NCBI GenBank assembly: GCA_023427845.1
Contig: JAEYZX010000131.1
Coordinates: 1 to 56,001 of the forward strand
Length of the DNA: 56,001 nt
Origin: Bacteroidota bacterium
GTDB lineage: Bacteria; Bacteroidota; Bacteroidia; Flavobacteriales; Flavobacteriaceae
Reading direction: 5' to 3'
The translations under genes and the position numbers were made by a program. Position 1 is the first letter of the stretch; every line of letters starts with the position of its first letter. Shown piece by piece: positions 32,255 through 41,929 of this stretch. The notes below the pieces were generated by a model. It worked only from the letters and a program-made list of their open reading frames with translations. It searched no databases and was not told where the DNA came from.

Positions 32255-32262
32255 CAAAAGTA
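32255..32262 (-). promoter_or_regulatory. -7 box (TACTTTTG) for the rpsF operon
   Basis: CAAAAGTA on plus strand, 32 bp upstream of rpsF ATG. Confidence 0.6.
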
Positions 32263-32390
32263 GTGTTTTTATTTGAACCCGCAAGGAGAATCTGATTTTA
32301 TTCGTCGTATGGTAAAAAAATCCGACAAATATTAGGTTGTAACGAAATTTTAACTTATTTTCGTTGCACCAAATCTATATTCAAACAAAT

Positions 32391-33086
32391 ATGAAATTAA
32401 ATTGTGTCGTTGTAGATGACAGCTCTATTCAGAGGATGATCATCGCAAAGTTAGTGAATAATCATCCAAATCTACACCTTATTGGAGATTTTTCTAATGC
32501 AATTGAAGCAAAGAACTGCATGTCTGTGCACAGTGTCGATCTGATATTCCTTGATATCGAGATGCCTGTTATCAGCGGGTTCGACTTTTTGGACGGATTG
32601 AAAGTGAAACCCCAAATCATTTTCATCACTTCGAAAGCCGAATATGCGATGAAAGCGTTCGATTATGACGCGACGGACTACCTACAGAAACCGATCGCAC
32701 TTGACCGTTTTAACGCTTCCGTAAAAAGAGCCTTGGACTTCCACCTACTGAAGAAAGAGAATCAGGAAGAAGACGGAGAACACATTTTTATCAAGAGTAA
32801 CCTCAAGAAACTTAAAGTTTTTACATCCAAAATCAAATGGATCGAAGCTTTTGGTGATTATGTCAAAGTCGTTACTGAAGAAGACAGCAACCTTGTCCTG
32901 TCGACCATGAAATCGTTCGAAAAGGATTTATCAAAAGATAAATTCATACGCGTTCATAAGTCGTACATCATCAACATTGATAAAGTCGAAAGGTTTAACA
33001 GTAAATTTGCAGAAATAGGAGTAACAAAAATACCTTTAAGCCGCAACAAGAAAGAAGACCTTGTCCGCGCACTTGCAATCGCTTAA
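32391..33086 (+). CDS. LytR/AlgR family response regulator (no adjacent kinase)
   Basis: VVDD, FLDIEMP, DYLQKP; LytTR motif FIRVHKSYIIN; ATG at 32391. Confidence 0.93.
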   Translation: MKLNCVVVDDSSIQRMIIAKLVNNHPNLHLIGDFSNAIEAKNCMSVHSVDLIFLDIEMPVISGFDFLDGLKVKPQIIFITSKAEYAMKAFDYDATDYLQKPIALDRFNASVKRALDFHLLKKENQEEDGEHIFIKSNLKKLKVFTSKIKWIEAFGDYVKVVTEEDSNLVLSTMKSFEKDLSKDKFIRVHKSYIINIDKVERFNSKFAEIGVTKIPLSRNKKEDLVRALAIA

Positions 33087-33095
33087 GATTTTCAT

Positions 33096-35552
33096 TCAAT
33101 AAAAATCGACGTTGACCGTTGTTTTTATCGCCCTGAAATAGGGAACCGCTTCAAAACTATCCAGTATTTTCCGGATAGTTTTTTTTGTGCCCGAAAGTGG
33201 CTTTTCCTGTGGAATCTTAACCATAATCGTGCGGATGAACTCGTTGCGTATACGTCCGATTGGCGGTTCTTCAGGGCCAAGAACCGGGATGTCGAGGTTT
33301 TGACGAAGCACTTCATACAACCACATTGATCCTTGTTTGAGCTTATCGAAATCGCGGTGTTTCAGCGATAACTTTATCAATTTGAAGTACGGTGGGTACT
33401 TATAAATTTGCCTTTCGTACAATTGTTCGCGATACATGGCGGAATAATCATTCTCGGTCACTTGCCGAATAGTATTGTGCAACGGATTATACGTTTGTAT
33501 TATGACCTTCCCGCGTTTTTCGGCACGCCCTGCCCTACCCGCTACCTGCGTCATCATTTGAAAGCTTCGCTCAAACGCCCGGAAGTCGGGATGGTACAAC
33601 ATATTGTCGGCATTCATAATTCCTACCAGCGTAACGTTATCGAAATCAAGGCCTTTTGCGAGCATTTGCGTGCCGACCAGAATATCGACTTCCCGATTTT
33701 TGAAACTGTCGATTATGCGTTCAAATCCGAATTTGCCCCGCGTCGTATCCTGGTCCATTCGGGCGATTTTTGCCAATGGAAACAGCTCTGCGGCTTCTTG
33801 CTGTATTTGCTCGGTTCCGAAACCTTTTGTCGTTAAATCAACACTTGAACAAACGTGGCAGCTGCTCGGAAAACCCATCGAATAGCCGCAATAGTGACAT
33901 CGGAGCTGATTTTTGTGTTTGTGGTAGGTAAGGCTTACATCGCACTGCGAACACTGCGGTACGTGTCCGCATGTCATGCATTCAACCACAGGCGAGTAAC
34001 CGCGGCGGTTTTGAAACAAAATGATCTGTTCGCCGAGTGCAAGCGCATCCATCATCTGTTCGATAAGCGTATCGCTGAAATGCCCGGTCATTTTCTTTCT
34101 GAAATATTTATCCTTTAAATCGACGAGTTCGATATCGGGCATCAGCACATTTCCAAATCGCTCGGTAAGTTCGACAAGCCCGTATTTTCCGGAAGTGGCA
34201 TTAAAATATGATTCGAGCGATGGGGTTGCCGATCCCAAAACGACTTTGGCTCCGCCTGAAGTTGTACCAAAGCTGTTGGCCAATACGATCGCGGCGTCTC
34301 GGGCATGATAGCGCGGTGCCGGATCCTGCTGCTTGAAGGTTTGCTCATGTTCTTCATCGATAATGATCAGGCCAAGGTCGCGAAACGGCAAAAACAAAGC
34401 CGACCTTGCCCCTATGACCACCTGCGCCTTGGGAGAAGATGCGAGCACCTGGTTCCATACTTCGATACGTTCGTTGTTATTGTATTTGGAGTGGAAAACC
34501 GCGACTTTGTTACCGAAATAGGCGGTGAGCCGGCCAACGAGCTGCGTTGTCAGTGCGATTTCAGGCAACAGATACAATACCTGCTTTCCCGATTTCAGAT
34601 ATTCCTCGATGAGGCGGATGTAAATTTCGGTTTTACCGCTTGCAGTTACCCCGTGTAAGAGGCAAACATCTTTATGAGTAAGGCTTTCGCGTATGGAATC
34701 AAACGTATGTTGTTGTGCGGGGTTGAGTTCAAAAGATTTGTCTTCGAGATTTTCACCAAAATCGACGCGGTCATGCTGAAGGTGATATTCTTCAAAAACC
34801 CCTTTATCGATAAGTCCTTTCAATGTTGCTGCCGATGAACCGGAAGTTTCCAGAAGTTGCCTTGCGGTAATCGGCTTTTTCGCGGTTCTAAGCTGGAAAT
34901 AAGCCAGCAGCAACTCTCTTTGTTTTGCGCCTCTTAGCTCCGATAGCAATGCGGAAAGTGTTTCGTTATCGGCAAAGTCCGGCGCAATTTGAATATAACG
35001 CACCATTTTTGGACGGTACACTTCGCTTACTTCTTCCTGAAGTACGATTACACCGTGGTCAATTAATTTTTGTAGCACCGGAAACACCGACTTTTTATTT
35101 AATATCGCAGTGATATCAGAAATTTTAAGTGAACTCTGTTTATCGAGTGCTTCCATTATCAGATATTCATCATCCGATAAATGATATTCGGTATTATTAT
35201 CCTGCTTCTTGGTAATCAATGTCTCACTTTCGAGCAACAATGCCGATGGAACCGCGCTTCGATAAACATCCCCGATCGCACACATATAATAGGACGAAAT
35301 CCATTGCCAGTGCGCAATCTGGTTTTCGGTCACGACGGGAATGGTGTCGAGGATCTCGTGAATTTCCTTAGCCTCATAAAGCGTTGGTTTGTTTTGGTGC
35401 AACGCAATGGCAAGTGCTGTGTAAATTTTGCTTTTCCCAAACGGAACCGCAATCCGCATCCCAATCTTAATGTAGTTGTACTCGGTTTCGGAAACGCTAT
35501 ACGTGAACGTTTTTGAAAGAGACAGCGGGAGGATGACTTCGACGAAATGCAT
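33096..35552 (-). CDS. priA: Primosomal protein N' (replication restart helicase)
   Basis: GVTASGKT, DEEH, four CxxC pairs, QVAGRAGR. Confidence 0.97.
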   Translation of the reverse strand: MHFVEVILPLSLSKTFTYSVSETEYNYIKIGMRIAVPFGKSKIYTALAIALHQNKPTLYEAKEIHEILDTIPVVTENQIAHWQWISSYYMCAIGDVYRSAVPSALLLESETLITKKQDNNTEYHLSDDEYLIMEALDKQSSLKISDITAILNKKSVFPVLQKLIDHGVIVLQEEVSEVYRPKMVRYIQIAPDFADNETLSALLSELRGAKQRELLLAYFQLRTAKKPITARQLLETSGSSAATLKGLIDKGVFEEYHLQHDRVDFGENLEDKSFELNPAQQHTFDSIRESLTHKDVCLLHGVTASGKTEIYIRLIEEYLKSGKQVLYLLPEIALTTQLVGRLTAYFGNKVAVFHSKYNNNERIEVWNQVLASSPKAQVVIGARSALFLPFRDLGLIIIDEEHEQTFKQQDPAPRYHARDAAIVLANSFGTTSGGAKVVLGSATPSLESYFNATSGKYGLVELTERFGNVLMPDIELVDLKDKYFRKKMTGHFSDTLIEQMMDALALGEQIILFQNRRGYSPVVECMTCGHVPQCSQCDVSLTYHKHKNQLRCHYCGYSMGFPSSCHVCSSVDLTTKGFGTEQIQQEAAELFPLAKIARMDQDTTRGKFGFERIIDSFKNREVDILVGTQMLAKGLDFDNVTLVGIMNADNMLYHPDFRAFERSFQMMTQVAGRAGRAEKRGKVIIQTYNPLHNTIRQVTENDYSAMYREQLYERQIYKYPPYFKLIKLSLKHRDFDKLKQGSMWLYEVLRQNLDIPVLGPEEPPIGRIRNEFIRTIMVKIPQEKPLSGTKKTIRKILDSFEAVPYFRAIKTTVNVDFY

Positions 35553-35555
35553 TTG

Positions 35556-35647
35556 AGGGGTTAGGGATTAAGGGATAAGGGATTAGAGTTTAGGCATAAG
35601 GGAAAAGGAATAAGGCATAAGGGATTCGGGATTGTGGGTTAGGGGTT
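35556..35647 (+). repeat. About 13 degenerate G-rich heptamers (AGGGATW-type)
   Basis: aggggtt agggatt agggata agggatt agagttt aggcata agggaaa aggaata aggcata agggatt cgggatt gtgggtt aggggtt. Confidence 0.85.
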
Positions 35648-35765
35648 ATTATTAATTATCAATTATCAATTATCAATTATCAATTATTAATTATCAATTA
35701 TCAATTATCAATTATCAATTATTAATTATCAATTATTAATTATCAATTATTAATTATTAATTGTC
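35648..35765 (+). repeat. About 16 copies of the heptamer AATTATY
   Basis: Near-perfect tandem aattatc/aattatt array running into the DUF2147 stop codon. Confidence 0.95.
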
Positions 35766-36191
35766 TTCAACCCGATGCCAATACTGTGTACGTCCGAATA
35801 ATGAAAACCCTAAATAACCACGTACTTTCAGCTTGTCTGCTCCTTCGGTTGTGATATAGCATCTGTATAATTTTCCGTGTTTTGGATCGAGGATTTCGCC
35901 CCCGTTGTATTCCTTTCCGTCTTTCGATAAACCTTTGATCACTACCAATCCCATATAAGGTTTGCCTTTATCGTTGCCGGGACAATTGACGCAAACTTTA
36001 TTTTTATCTTTTTCGCTAAGAATGTCGATGATTTTGCCATGTATTTTTCCACCCTGCTCAAATATTTCGACAATGGCGAGCGGTTTGCCGGTGTGTTCAT
36101 CGATTGATCTCCACTTTCCGATTACTCCCTGCGCATGGCCGACAAATCCGGCCAGAAATACCAATGCCATAATTAAAAAATATTTTTTCAT
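35757..36191 (-). CDS. DUF2147 exported protein
   Basis: Signal peptide; GKWRSID, GEILDPKHGKLY, KVRGYLGFSLFGRTQYW. Confidence 0.92.
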   Translation of the reverse strand: MKKYFLIMALVFLAGFVGHAQGVIGKWRSIDEHTGKPLAIVEIFEQGGKIHGKIIDILSEKDKNKVCVNCPGNDKGKPYMGLVVIKGLSKDGKEYNGGEILDPKHGKLYRCYITTEGADKLKVRGYLGFSLFGRTQYWHRVEDN

Positions 36192-36203
36192 AGCAATTAC
36201 TTT

Positions 36204-36290
36204 TTAGCCCGGATGGAAGTGTATATCCTTTTTGCGGACGCAGCAAAGCGAAGTTCCAAAAAGATAGCAACGTACAGCCGGATCAGCTTC
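36204..36290 (+). ncRNA. Structured repeat/ncRNA element, Flavo-1-like (copy C), antisense to flanking genes
   Basis: TAGCCCGGATGG..GT..ATCCTTTTTG/CAAAAAGAT..AC..AGCCGG..AGCTTC. Confidence 0.55.
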
Positions 36291-36302
36291 AAATAAAAAA
36301 AC

Positions 36303-37229
36303 TTACGTAAAAAGGTTTTTTCTTCGTATCCGGTCGACAGCCGCGTTGAGTTCGAAGCCGAGCAGCAGGATAATACAATTTAGCCAAATATAAAACATCA
36401 GGATCAATAATGTTCCGATCGATCCGTATAATTCGTTGTATTGTGAAAAACGCACTACCCATATTCCGAAAAAATAGGAGGAAATGATCACGAGAACCGT
36501 CGTAAAGACCGATCCGATCGATATAAATGGACGTTTGCCGGTACGCTTGGTGCCGAATTTAAACAATATTGATGTAGTGACCAGGATCATCAAGATCAGA
36601 AACAGGTAACGACCCATCACAATCAGCGGTATGTTTTCATTGAAATAATAGCGACGTCGCAAATCCTGGATGAAGACTTCAAACACGACGATGATCGCGA
36701 CAGTGAACAAGAGAATGAACGTAAGCAGAATCGACATTCCGAGTGCTACGGCATACTGGCGAAAAAAGCCGCGTTTCAGTATGACATGGTGCGAGGTTTC
36801 GAACCCTCCGAGAATTGAGTTGAGTCCGTTTGCCATCAGGAACACCGACAAGATCACACCCGAGGAGAGCAGTCCGCTGTTACTGTTGATCAGGATGTCA
36901 TTTAAGATGATAAAGATCGCATCGTAGGTGTTTGGCGGGACACTTTCTTCTACGAACCGCATGAAATCGTCCTGGAATCCTTCTATCGGTATATACGGAA
37001 TAAGGTTTAAAACGAACAGCGCAAACGGAAACAGCGCCATGAAGAAACTGAACGAGATTGCACCGGCACGGTACGTCAGCGCGCTTTCGGCAATACCGAT
37101 CCCGTAAATCTCGACAAGATCATACAAAGACAGACCTTCAAGCCATGGCAGCTTGATTTTTTTCAGGAAACGTGCGATGTTTCGCAGCACCGGAACCTTT
37201 TCGATCTTGTCTTCTATTTCTTTTGACAC
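36303..37229 (-). CDS. YihY/virulence factor BrkB family membrane protein
   Basis: AISFSFFMALFP, YNELYGSIG, LLGFELNA; GTG start. Confidence 0.92.
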   Translation of the reverse strand: MSKEIEDKIEKVPVLRNIARFLKKIKLPWLEGLSLYDLVEIYGIGIAESALTYRAGAISFSFFMALFPFALFVLNLIPYIPIEGFQDDFMRFVEESVPPNTYDAIFIILNDILINSNSGLLSSGVILSVFLMANGLNSILGGFETSHHVILKRGFFRQYAVALGMSILLTFILLFTVAIIVVFEVFIQDLRRRYYFNENIPLIVMGRYLFLILMILVTTSILFKFGTKRTGKRPFISIGSVFTTVLVIISSYFFGIWVVRFSQYNELYGSIGTLLILMFYIWLNCIILLLGFELNAAVDRIRRKNLFT

Positions 37230-37313
37230 AATTCAGTTGACGGTTTAGTTAACAGTATCTTAATGGCCCACGAATCTCCACCTTTTTCTCATTGGTACAT
37301 TTACACTGCTGAA

Positions 37314-38171
37314 TTAAATTGCTTTCAAACTCAAATCCATGTTATAAACAGAATGCGTCAGCGCACCCGAGGAGATGAAATTGACGCCGCAATCGGCATA
37401 GTTGCGGATCGTACTTTCGTTGATGTTGCCTGATGATTCGGTTTCACATTGGTCGCCAATGAGTGTCACCGCCGCCGTTGTTTGCTCGTAATTGAAATTG
37501 TCGAGCAGGATCCGGTGTACGCCATCGTTCATCAATATCTCACCCACTTCCTCGAGATTTCTCGCTTCGACGATTATTTTGAGGTCGAGATTGTTTCGTT
37601 TCAGATATTGTTTTGTTTTATCGATTGCCAAGGTAATTCCGCCTGCAAAATCGATGTGGTTGTCTTTGAGCATCACCATGTCGTACAACGCAAATCGGTG
37701 GTTCTCGCCTCCGCCGATCTTAACTGCCCATTTCTCGATTGCGCGGATTCCGGGTGTGGTTTTGCGCGTATCGAGTACCTTGGTTTTTGTGCCGTCGAGC
37801 AACCCGACAAACTGATTTGTTTTTGTTGCGATAGCCGACATTCGCTGCATGGAATTCAGCACGAATCGTTCTGCCTTCAATATTGATTGTGATTTCCCCG
37901 ATACCGTAAAGACGATATCACCATGCTGAACCGGAGTTCCATCGGCTATCAGGATATCGACAACCATTTCGGGATCGACATAATTGAAGATCATCTTTGC
38001 GAACTCGACTCCGGCGATGATTCCTTTGTCTTTTACAAGAAGTTTTGCCTTACCTGTCGCGTCTGCGGGAATGCATGCAAGTGAACTGTGATCGCCTGTT
38101 CCTACATCCTCACGGATTGCATTTTCTATAATCAATTGCAGCTCCTGCGCAAATTGTTGGTCTGAAATCAT
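37314..38171 (-). CDS. nadC: Nicotinate-nucleotide pyrophosphorylase (QPRTase)
   Basis: DTRKTTPG, NHRFALYDMVMLKDNH, LLDNF, SSGALTHS. Confidence 0.97.
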   Translation of the reverse strand: MISDQQFAQELQLIIENAIREDVGTGDHSSLACIPADATGKAKLLVKDKGIIAGVEFAKMIFNYVDPEMVVDILIADGTPVQHGDIVFTVSGKSQSILKAERFVLNSMQRMSAIATKTNQFVGLLDGTKTKVLDTRKTTPGIRAIEKWAVKIGGGENHRFALYDMVMLKDNHIDFAGGITLAIDKTKQYLKRNNLDLKIIVEARNLEEVGEILMNDGVHRILLDNFNYEQTTAAVTLIGDQCETESSGNINESTIRNYADCGVNFISSGALTHSVYNMDLSLKAI

Positions 38172-38273
38172 ATAAATTGATTGAGTCGCTAAAGTAGCTA
38201 TATTTTGCGGATTTGGAAAAAAGTGCGGCTACTTACGCTTTTCTTAAATTGTCGGTTTAATCATAGCGATGGC

Positions 38274-38281
38274 TATATTTG
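38274..38281 (+). promoter_or_regulatory. -7 box (TATATTTG) for rlmH
   Basis: TAnnTTTG match in the nadC/rlmH divergent region. Confidence 0.5.
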
Positions 38282-38365
38282 CAAAAAACACTATCAATTA
38301 CAAATCGGGATTCTGCTGAGTAAATTAAATCAGATTTGCTCCTGCAGTAATTATTTAAAAAGACA

Positions 38366-38839
38366 ATGAACATCAAACTGATCGCAATCGGAAAAACCGA
38401 CAACAAACAGCTGCAGACGCTGATCGACGATTACTCAAAGAGGCTTTCGTTTTATATCAGGTTCGATCTTGAAATCATCCCCGATATTAAGAATGTCAAA
38501 AATTTATCGGAAGCCCAGCAAAAGGAAAAGGAAGGCGAACTGATCCTCGCCAAAACTTCAGCTACAGATCAATTGGTTTTACTCGATGAAAACGGAAAAT
38601 CATTCTCAAGCGTCGGATTTTCAGAAGAACTTCAAAAGAAGATGAACAGCGGGATCAAAACGCTCGTATTTGTAATCGGCGGCCCGTACGGATTCTCAGA
38701 AACGGTTTACAATAGAGCACATTCCAAAATCTCACTCTCGCAGATGACTTTTTCACATCAGATGGTACGTTTGTTTTTTATCGAACAGTTGTATCGCGGA
38801 TTTACAATTCTACGAAATGAACCGTATCATCATCAGTAG
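38366..38839 (+). CDS. rlmH: 23S rRNA pseudouridine-1915 N3-methyltransferase
   Basis: FVIGGPYGFS, MTFSHQMVRLFFIEQLYR, PYHH. Confidence 0.97.
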   Translation: MNIKLIAIGKTDNKQLQTLIDDYSKRLSFYIRFDLEIIPDIKNVKNLSEAQQKEKEGELILAKTSATDQLVLLDENGKSFSSVGFSEELQKKMNSGIKTLVFVIGGPYGFSETVYNRAHSKISLSQMTFSHQMVRLFFIEQLYRGFTILRNEPYHHQ

Positions 38840-39015
38840 CAGTTCAGTCGCAGTCGCAATCGCAGTCTCAGCCTTAGTTTTGGCGGTTGGCAGTAGGCAG
38901 CTGGCAGTCTCAATCGCTGTTCCAGTAGCCAGTTATGTTGAGCCGGTCGAAGGCAACGCTACCAATTATTAATTGTTAATTATTAATTATTAATTATCAA
39001 TTATCAATTGTAATT
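38840..39015 (+). repeat. Composite short-repeat region: CAGTCG-like hexamers, TGGCAG-type heptamers, about 7 AATTATY heptamers
   Basis: cagtcg cagtcg caatcg cagtct; ttggcgg ttggcag taggcag ctggcag; aattatt aattgtt aattatt aattatt aattatc aattatc. Confidence 0.85.
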
Positions 39016-39024
39016 CCCTTGAAA

Positions 39025-39843
39025 CTATATCCTACCATACAACTTTATACACTCCACCGCCTCCTTAACATCGTGTACCCTTAAAATATTCGCGCCTTTC
39101 AGCAGCGCCGCCATATTAAGTGCCGTAGTTCCGTTAAGGGCATTTTCGGGTGATGTATCAAGCGGTTTGTAAATCATTGATTTCCGCGATACGCCTACCA
39201 GCAGTGGAAGTTCAATTAACTTGAAAATATCGAGTTTCTGCAGTACTTCATAATTTTGTTCAATCGTTTTTGCAAATCCGAAGCCGGGATCAATTATAAT
39301 ATCGCTGATTCCCAATTCCCTTGCCGCGCCGATTTTTTCAGAAAAATAAAACAGCATTTCCTTTACAATGTCGGTGTAGTCAGTCAATCCCTGCATCGTC
39401 TGGGGCGTGCCGCGCATGTGCATCATAATGTACGGTACGCGTAGCGTTGCAATGGTTTCGAGCATTTTATCATCGAGGTTTCCGGCAGAGATGTCGTTTA
39501 TGATTGCTGCGCCATTTTCGATACAGGCTTTTGCGACGTTACTTCGAAAGGTATCAATTGAAATCAGTGCCTGCGGAAATTCCCTTAATACGGCATTAAT
39601 GATTGGAAGCAATCGCGATAGTTCCTGCTGTTCCGATACATAAGCAGCACCGGGTTTTGATGAATATCCTCCAATGTCAATAAAATCAGCGCCTTCAGCA
39701 AGCATCTTTTCGGTCTGACGTACCAGGGCATCTGTGCCGCCATACTTGCCTCCGTCAAAAAATGAGTCGGGTGTCGCATTCAGGATTCCCATTATTTTGG
39801 GAGTAGACAAGTCGATTAATTGCCCTTTACAGTTGATTGTCAT
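39025..39843 (-). CDS. folP: Dihydropteroate synthase
   Basis: MGILNATPDSFFDGG, SIDTF, DPGFGF, SRKS, RVHDV. Confidence 0.97.
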   Translation of the reverse strand: MTINCKGQLIDLSTPKIMGILNATPDSFFDGGKYGGTDALVRQTEKMLAEGADFIDIGGYSSKPGAAYVSEQQELSRLLPIINAVLREFPQALISIDTFRSNVAKACIENGAAIINDISAGNLDDKMLETIATLRVPYIMMHMRGTPQTMQGLTDYTDIVKEMLFYFSEKIGAARELGISDIIIDPGFGFAKTIEQNYEVLQKLDIFKLIELPLLVGVSRKSMIYKPLDTSPENALNGTTALNMAALLKGANILRVHDVKEAVECIKLYGRI

Positions 39844-39964
39844 TGCGTTACGAATATTCAGAAATTATCCTTTGGCGCATCCTCAACAATAGTGCGTTGC
39901 GATTGCCGGTTGTATAAAATAATTCCTATTTTTGGAAAAAAAGTTGACCACAAATATACCAATA

Positions 39965-40507
39965 ATGAAGAATACCCCGCAGGAATACGATAATGTTATT
40001 GCTGTTTGCCGTTCCCTTTTTATAAATAAAATGCAGGATTATGGAAGTGCGTGGCGCATTCTTAGATTGCCCTCGCTGACCGATCAGATATTCATCAAAG
40101 CCCAAAGGATCCGCAGTTTGCAGGAAAATGAAATCCGAAAGGTCAATGAAGACGAAACAGGCGAATTTATTGGTATCATTAATTACTCGGTCATGGCGCT
40201 GATACAGTTGGAACTTGGCGTGGCCGAGCAACCGGACCTCGACACCGCCAAAGCGACTGAATTGTACGATTCTAAAATCGCTCTTACAAAATCGCTGATG
40301 GAAGCCAAAAACCATGATTATAGCGAGGCTTGGCGCGAGATGCGCATCAGTTCACTGACCGATTTGATTCTGCAGAAATTACTTCGCGTAAAGCAGATCG
40401 AAGACAACCGCGGCAAAACAATCGTTTCGGAAGGCATTGATGCAAACTATCAGGACATGATCAACTATGCAGTGTTTGCATTGATATTAATGGATTTTAA
40501 AGTATAA
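39965..40507 (+). CDS. DUF1599 (nucleotide-modification-associated) duplicated-domain protein
   Basis: Two internal repeats KMQDYGSAWR / KNHDYSEAWR; -7 box TATTTTTG at 39927-39934 favours ATG 39965. Confidence 0.88.
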   Translation: MKNTPQEYDNVIAVCRSLFINKMQDYGSAWRILRLPSLTDQIFIKAQRIRSLQENEIRKVNEDETGEFIGIINYSVMALIQLELGVAEQPDLDTAKATELYDSKIALTKSLMEAKNHDYSEAWREMRISSLTDLILQKLLRVKQIEDNRGKTIVSEGIDANYQDMINYAVFALILMDFKV

Positions 40508-40510
40508 ATT

Positions 40511-41620
40511 ATGAGGAATGTCATCACCCAGATTTCAAGGGTTATTGTTGGATTTTTATTTATTATATCGGGACTTATCAAACTCAACGACCCTGTCGGG
40601 TTTTCATTTAAATTGGAGGAATATTTCGGCGAGACCGTTCTTAATTTACCATTCCTTATGCCGTATGCGCTCGCTATCGCGTTGTTTGTCGTAATCTTCG
40701 AAACGGTGCTTGGGGTGATGTTGCTCGTTGGATACCAGCGCAGGTTCACGATATGTAGCCTGCTGCTGATGATCGTATTTTTTACGTTCCTGACTTTCTA
40801 TTCGGCTTATTTCAACAAGGTCACCGATTGCGGATGTTTTGGCGATGCATTGAAATTAACGCCGTGGGAATCTTTTACGAAAGACGTCGCATTGTTGTTC
40901 TTTATCATAGTACTGGCGCTGAACCGGAATCTGATCAATCCGCTTTTTGCTAAAAATGTGCGTGCGGCAATAGTTTTCATAAGCCTCGCGCTCTGCCTTT
41001 TCATGGGTTACTGGGTACTGAATCATTTGCCGATTGTTGATTTCCGGGCTTATTCAGTGGGAACAAACATCCAAAAAGGTATGGAAATACCCGAAGGTGC
41101 TCCTAAATCGGTTACCGAAATGATTTTTGTGTACAAGGTCGATGGTGTCGACACCGAATTTTCGCAAGACGATGTAATGGCGATGAAAGTTCCGGAAGGC
41201 GCTGAATTTGTCGATCGCCGCGATAAAATCATCACCCAGGGCTACGTTCCTCCTATCCATGATTTTTCGATGGAGCTGAATGGCAGTGATTATAAGGACG
41301 AGCTACTTTTAGAGCCAAAATTGTTGATGTTTGTTGCTTATGATTTATCGAAGGCTGATCCGGAAGGACTTTCCTTACTCGAAAAAATGCATCGCGACGC
41401 CGTTTCAAAAGGATACAAAGTAATAGGGATGACAGCCGCTCTTGAAGACGAAATCGAAAACACAAAGAAAAAATACGGGATTACATTTGATTTCTATTTC
41501 TGCGATGCGACGACCTTGAAGACAATCGAACGCGCAAATCCGAGCATCGTAGTTCTTGAAAAAGGAACCATTACGCAAAAATTGCATTGGAAAGACGCTG
41601 AAAATCTCAATCTGAAATAA
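40511..41620 (+). CDS. DoxX/MauE family membrane protein (BT_3928-like) with C-terminal thioredoxin-like domain
   Basis: SGLIKLNDPVGF, DCGCFGDA, ERANPS. Confidence 0.88.
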   Translation: MRNVITQISRVIVGFLFIISGLIKLNDPVGFSFKLEEYFGETVLNLPFLMPYALAIALFVVIFETVLGVMLLVGYQRRFTICSLLLMIVFFTFLTFYSAYFNKVTDCGCFGDALKLTPWESFTKDVALLFFIIVLALNRNLINPLFAKNVRAAIVFISLALCLFMGYWVLNHLPIVDFRAYSVGTNIQKGMEIPEGAPKSVTEMIFVYKVDGVDTEFSQDDVMAMKVPEGAEFVDRRDKIITQGYVPPIHDFSMELNGSDYKDELLLEPKLLMFVAYDLSKADPEGLSLLEKMHRDAVSKGYKVIGMTAALEDEIENTKKKYGITFDFYFCDATTLKTIERANPSIVVLEKGTITQKLHWKDAENLNLK

Positions 41621-41644
41621 CGAATTTGCTAAACTAGTCATCCG

Positions 41645-41929
41645 ATGTTAAAAAAGGAAAGGCAGAGCTGCTACAAAGCACTTGTAATATGTGTGATTGC
41701 ATTTATCGCAGGTGAGCACATGCTGAATTCCATAGCGCCAATGGAAAAACCACCGCTGGGAAGGACTTTTCATATCGTTGTTGGCTGTGGACTGATGATA
41801 TGTGCAGTGGTATCGGTGGTTTTGCTTGTGAAACATTTAATGTACCTACGGCGTAAAGAAAAAAAACGCAAAGAAAATCCAATACCATTCCTCGAAGATC
41901 AACAGCAGTATAAAAAGAAAAAAAGATGA
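41645..41929 (+). CDS. Small 2-TM hypothetical protein with basic tail
   Basis: Two hydrophobic segments, ATGA overlap with the next gene. Confidence 0.65.
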   Translation: MLKKERQSCYKALVICVIAFIAGEHMLNSIAPMEKPPLGRTFHIVVGCGLMICAVVSVVLLVKHLMYLRRKEKKRKENPIPFLEDQQQYKKKKR

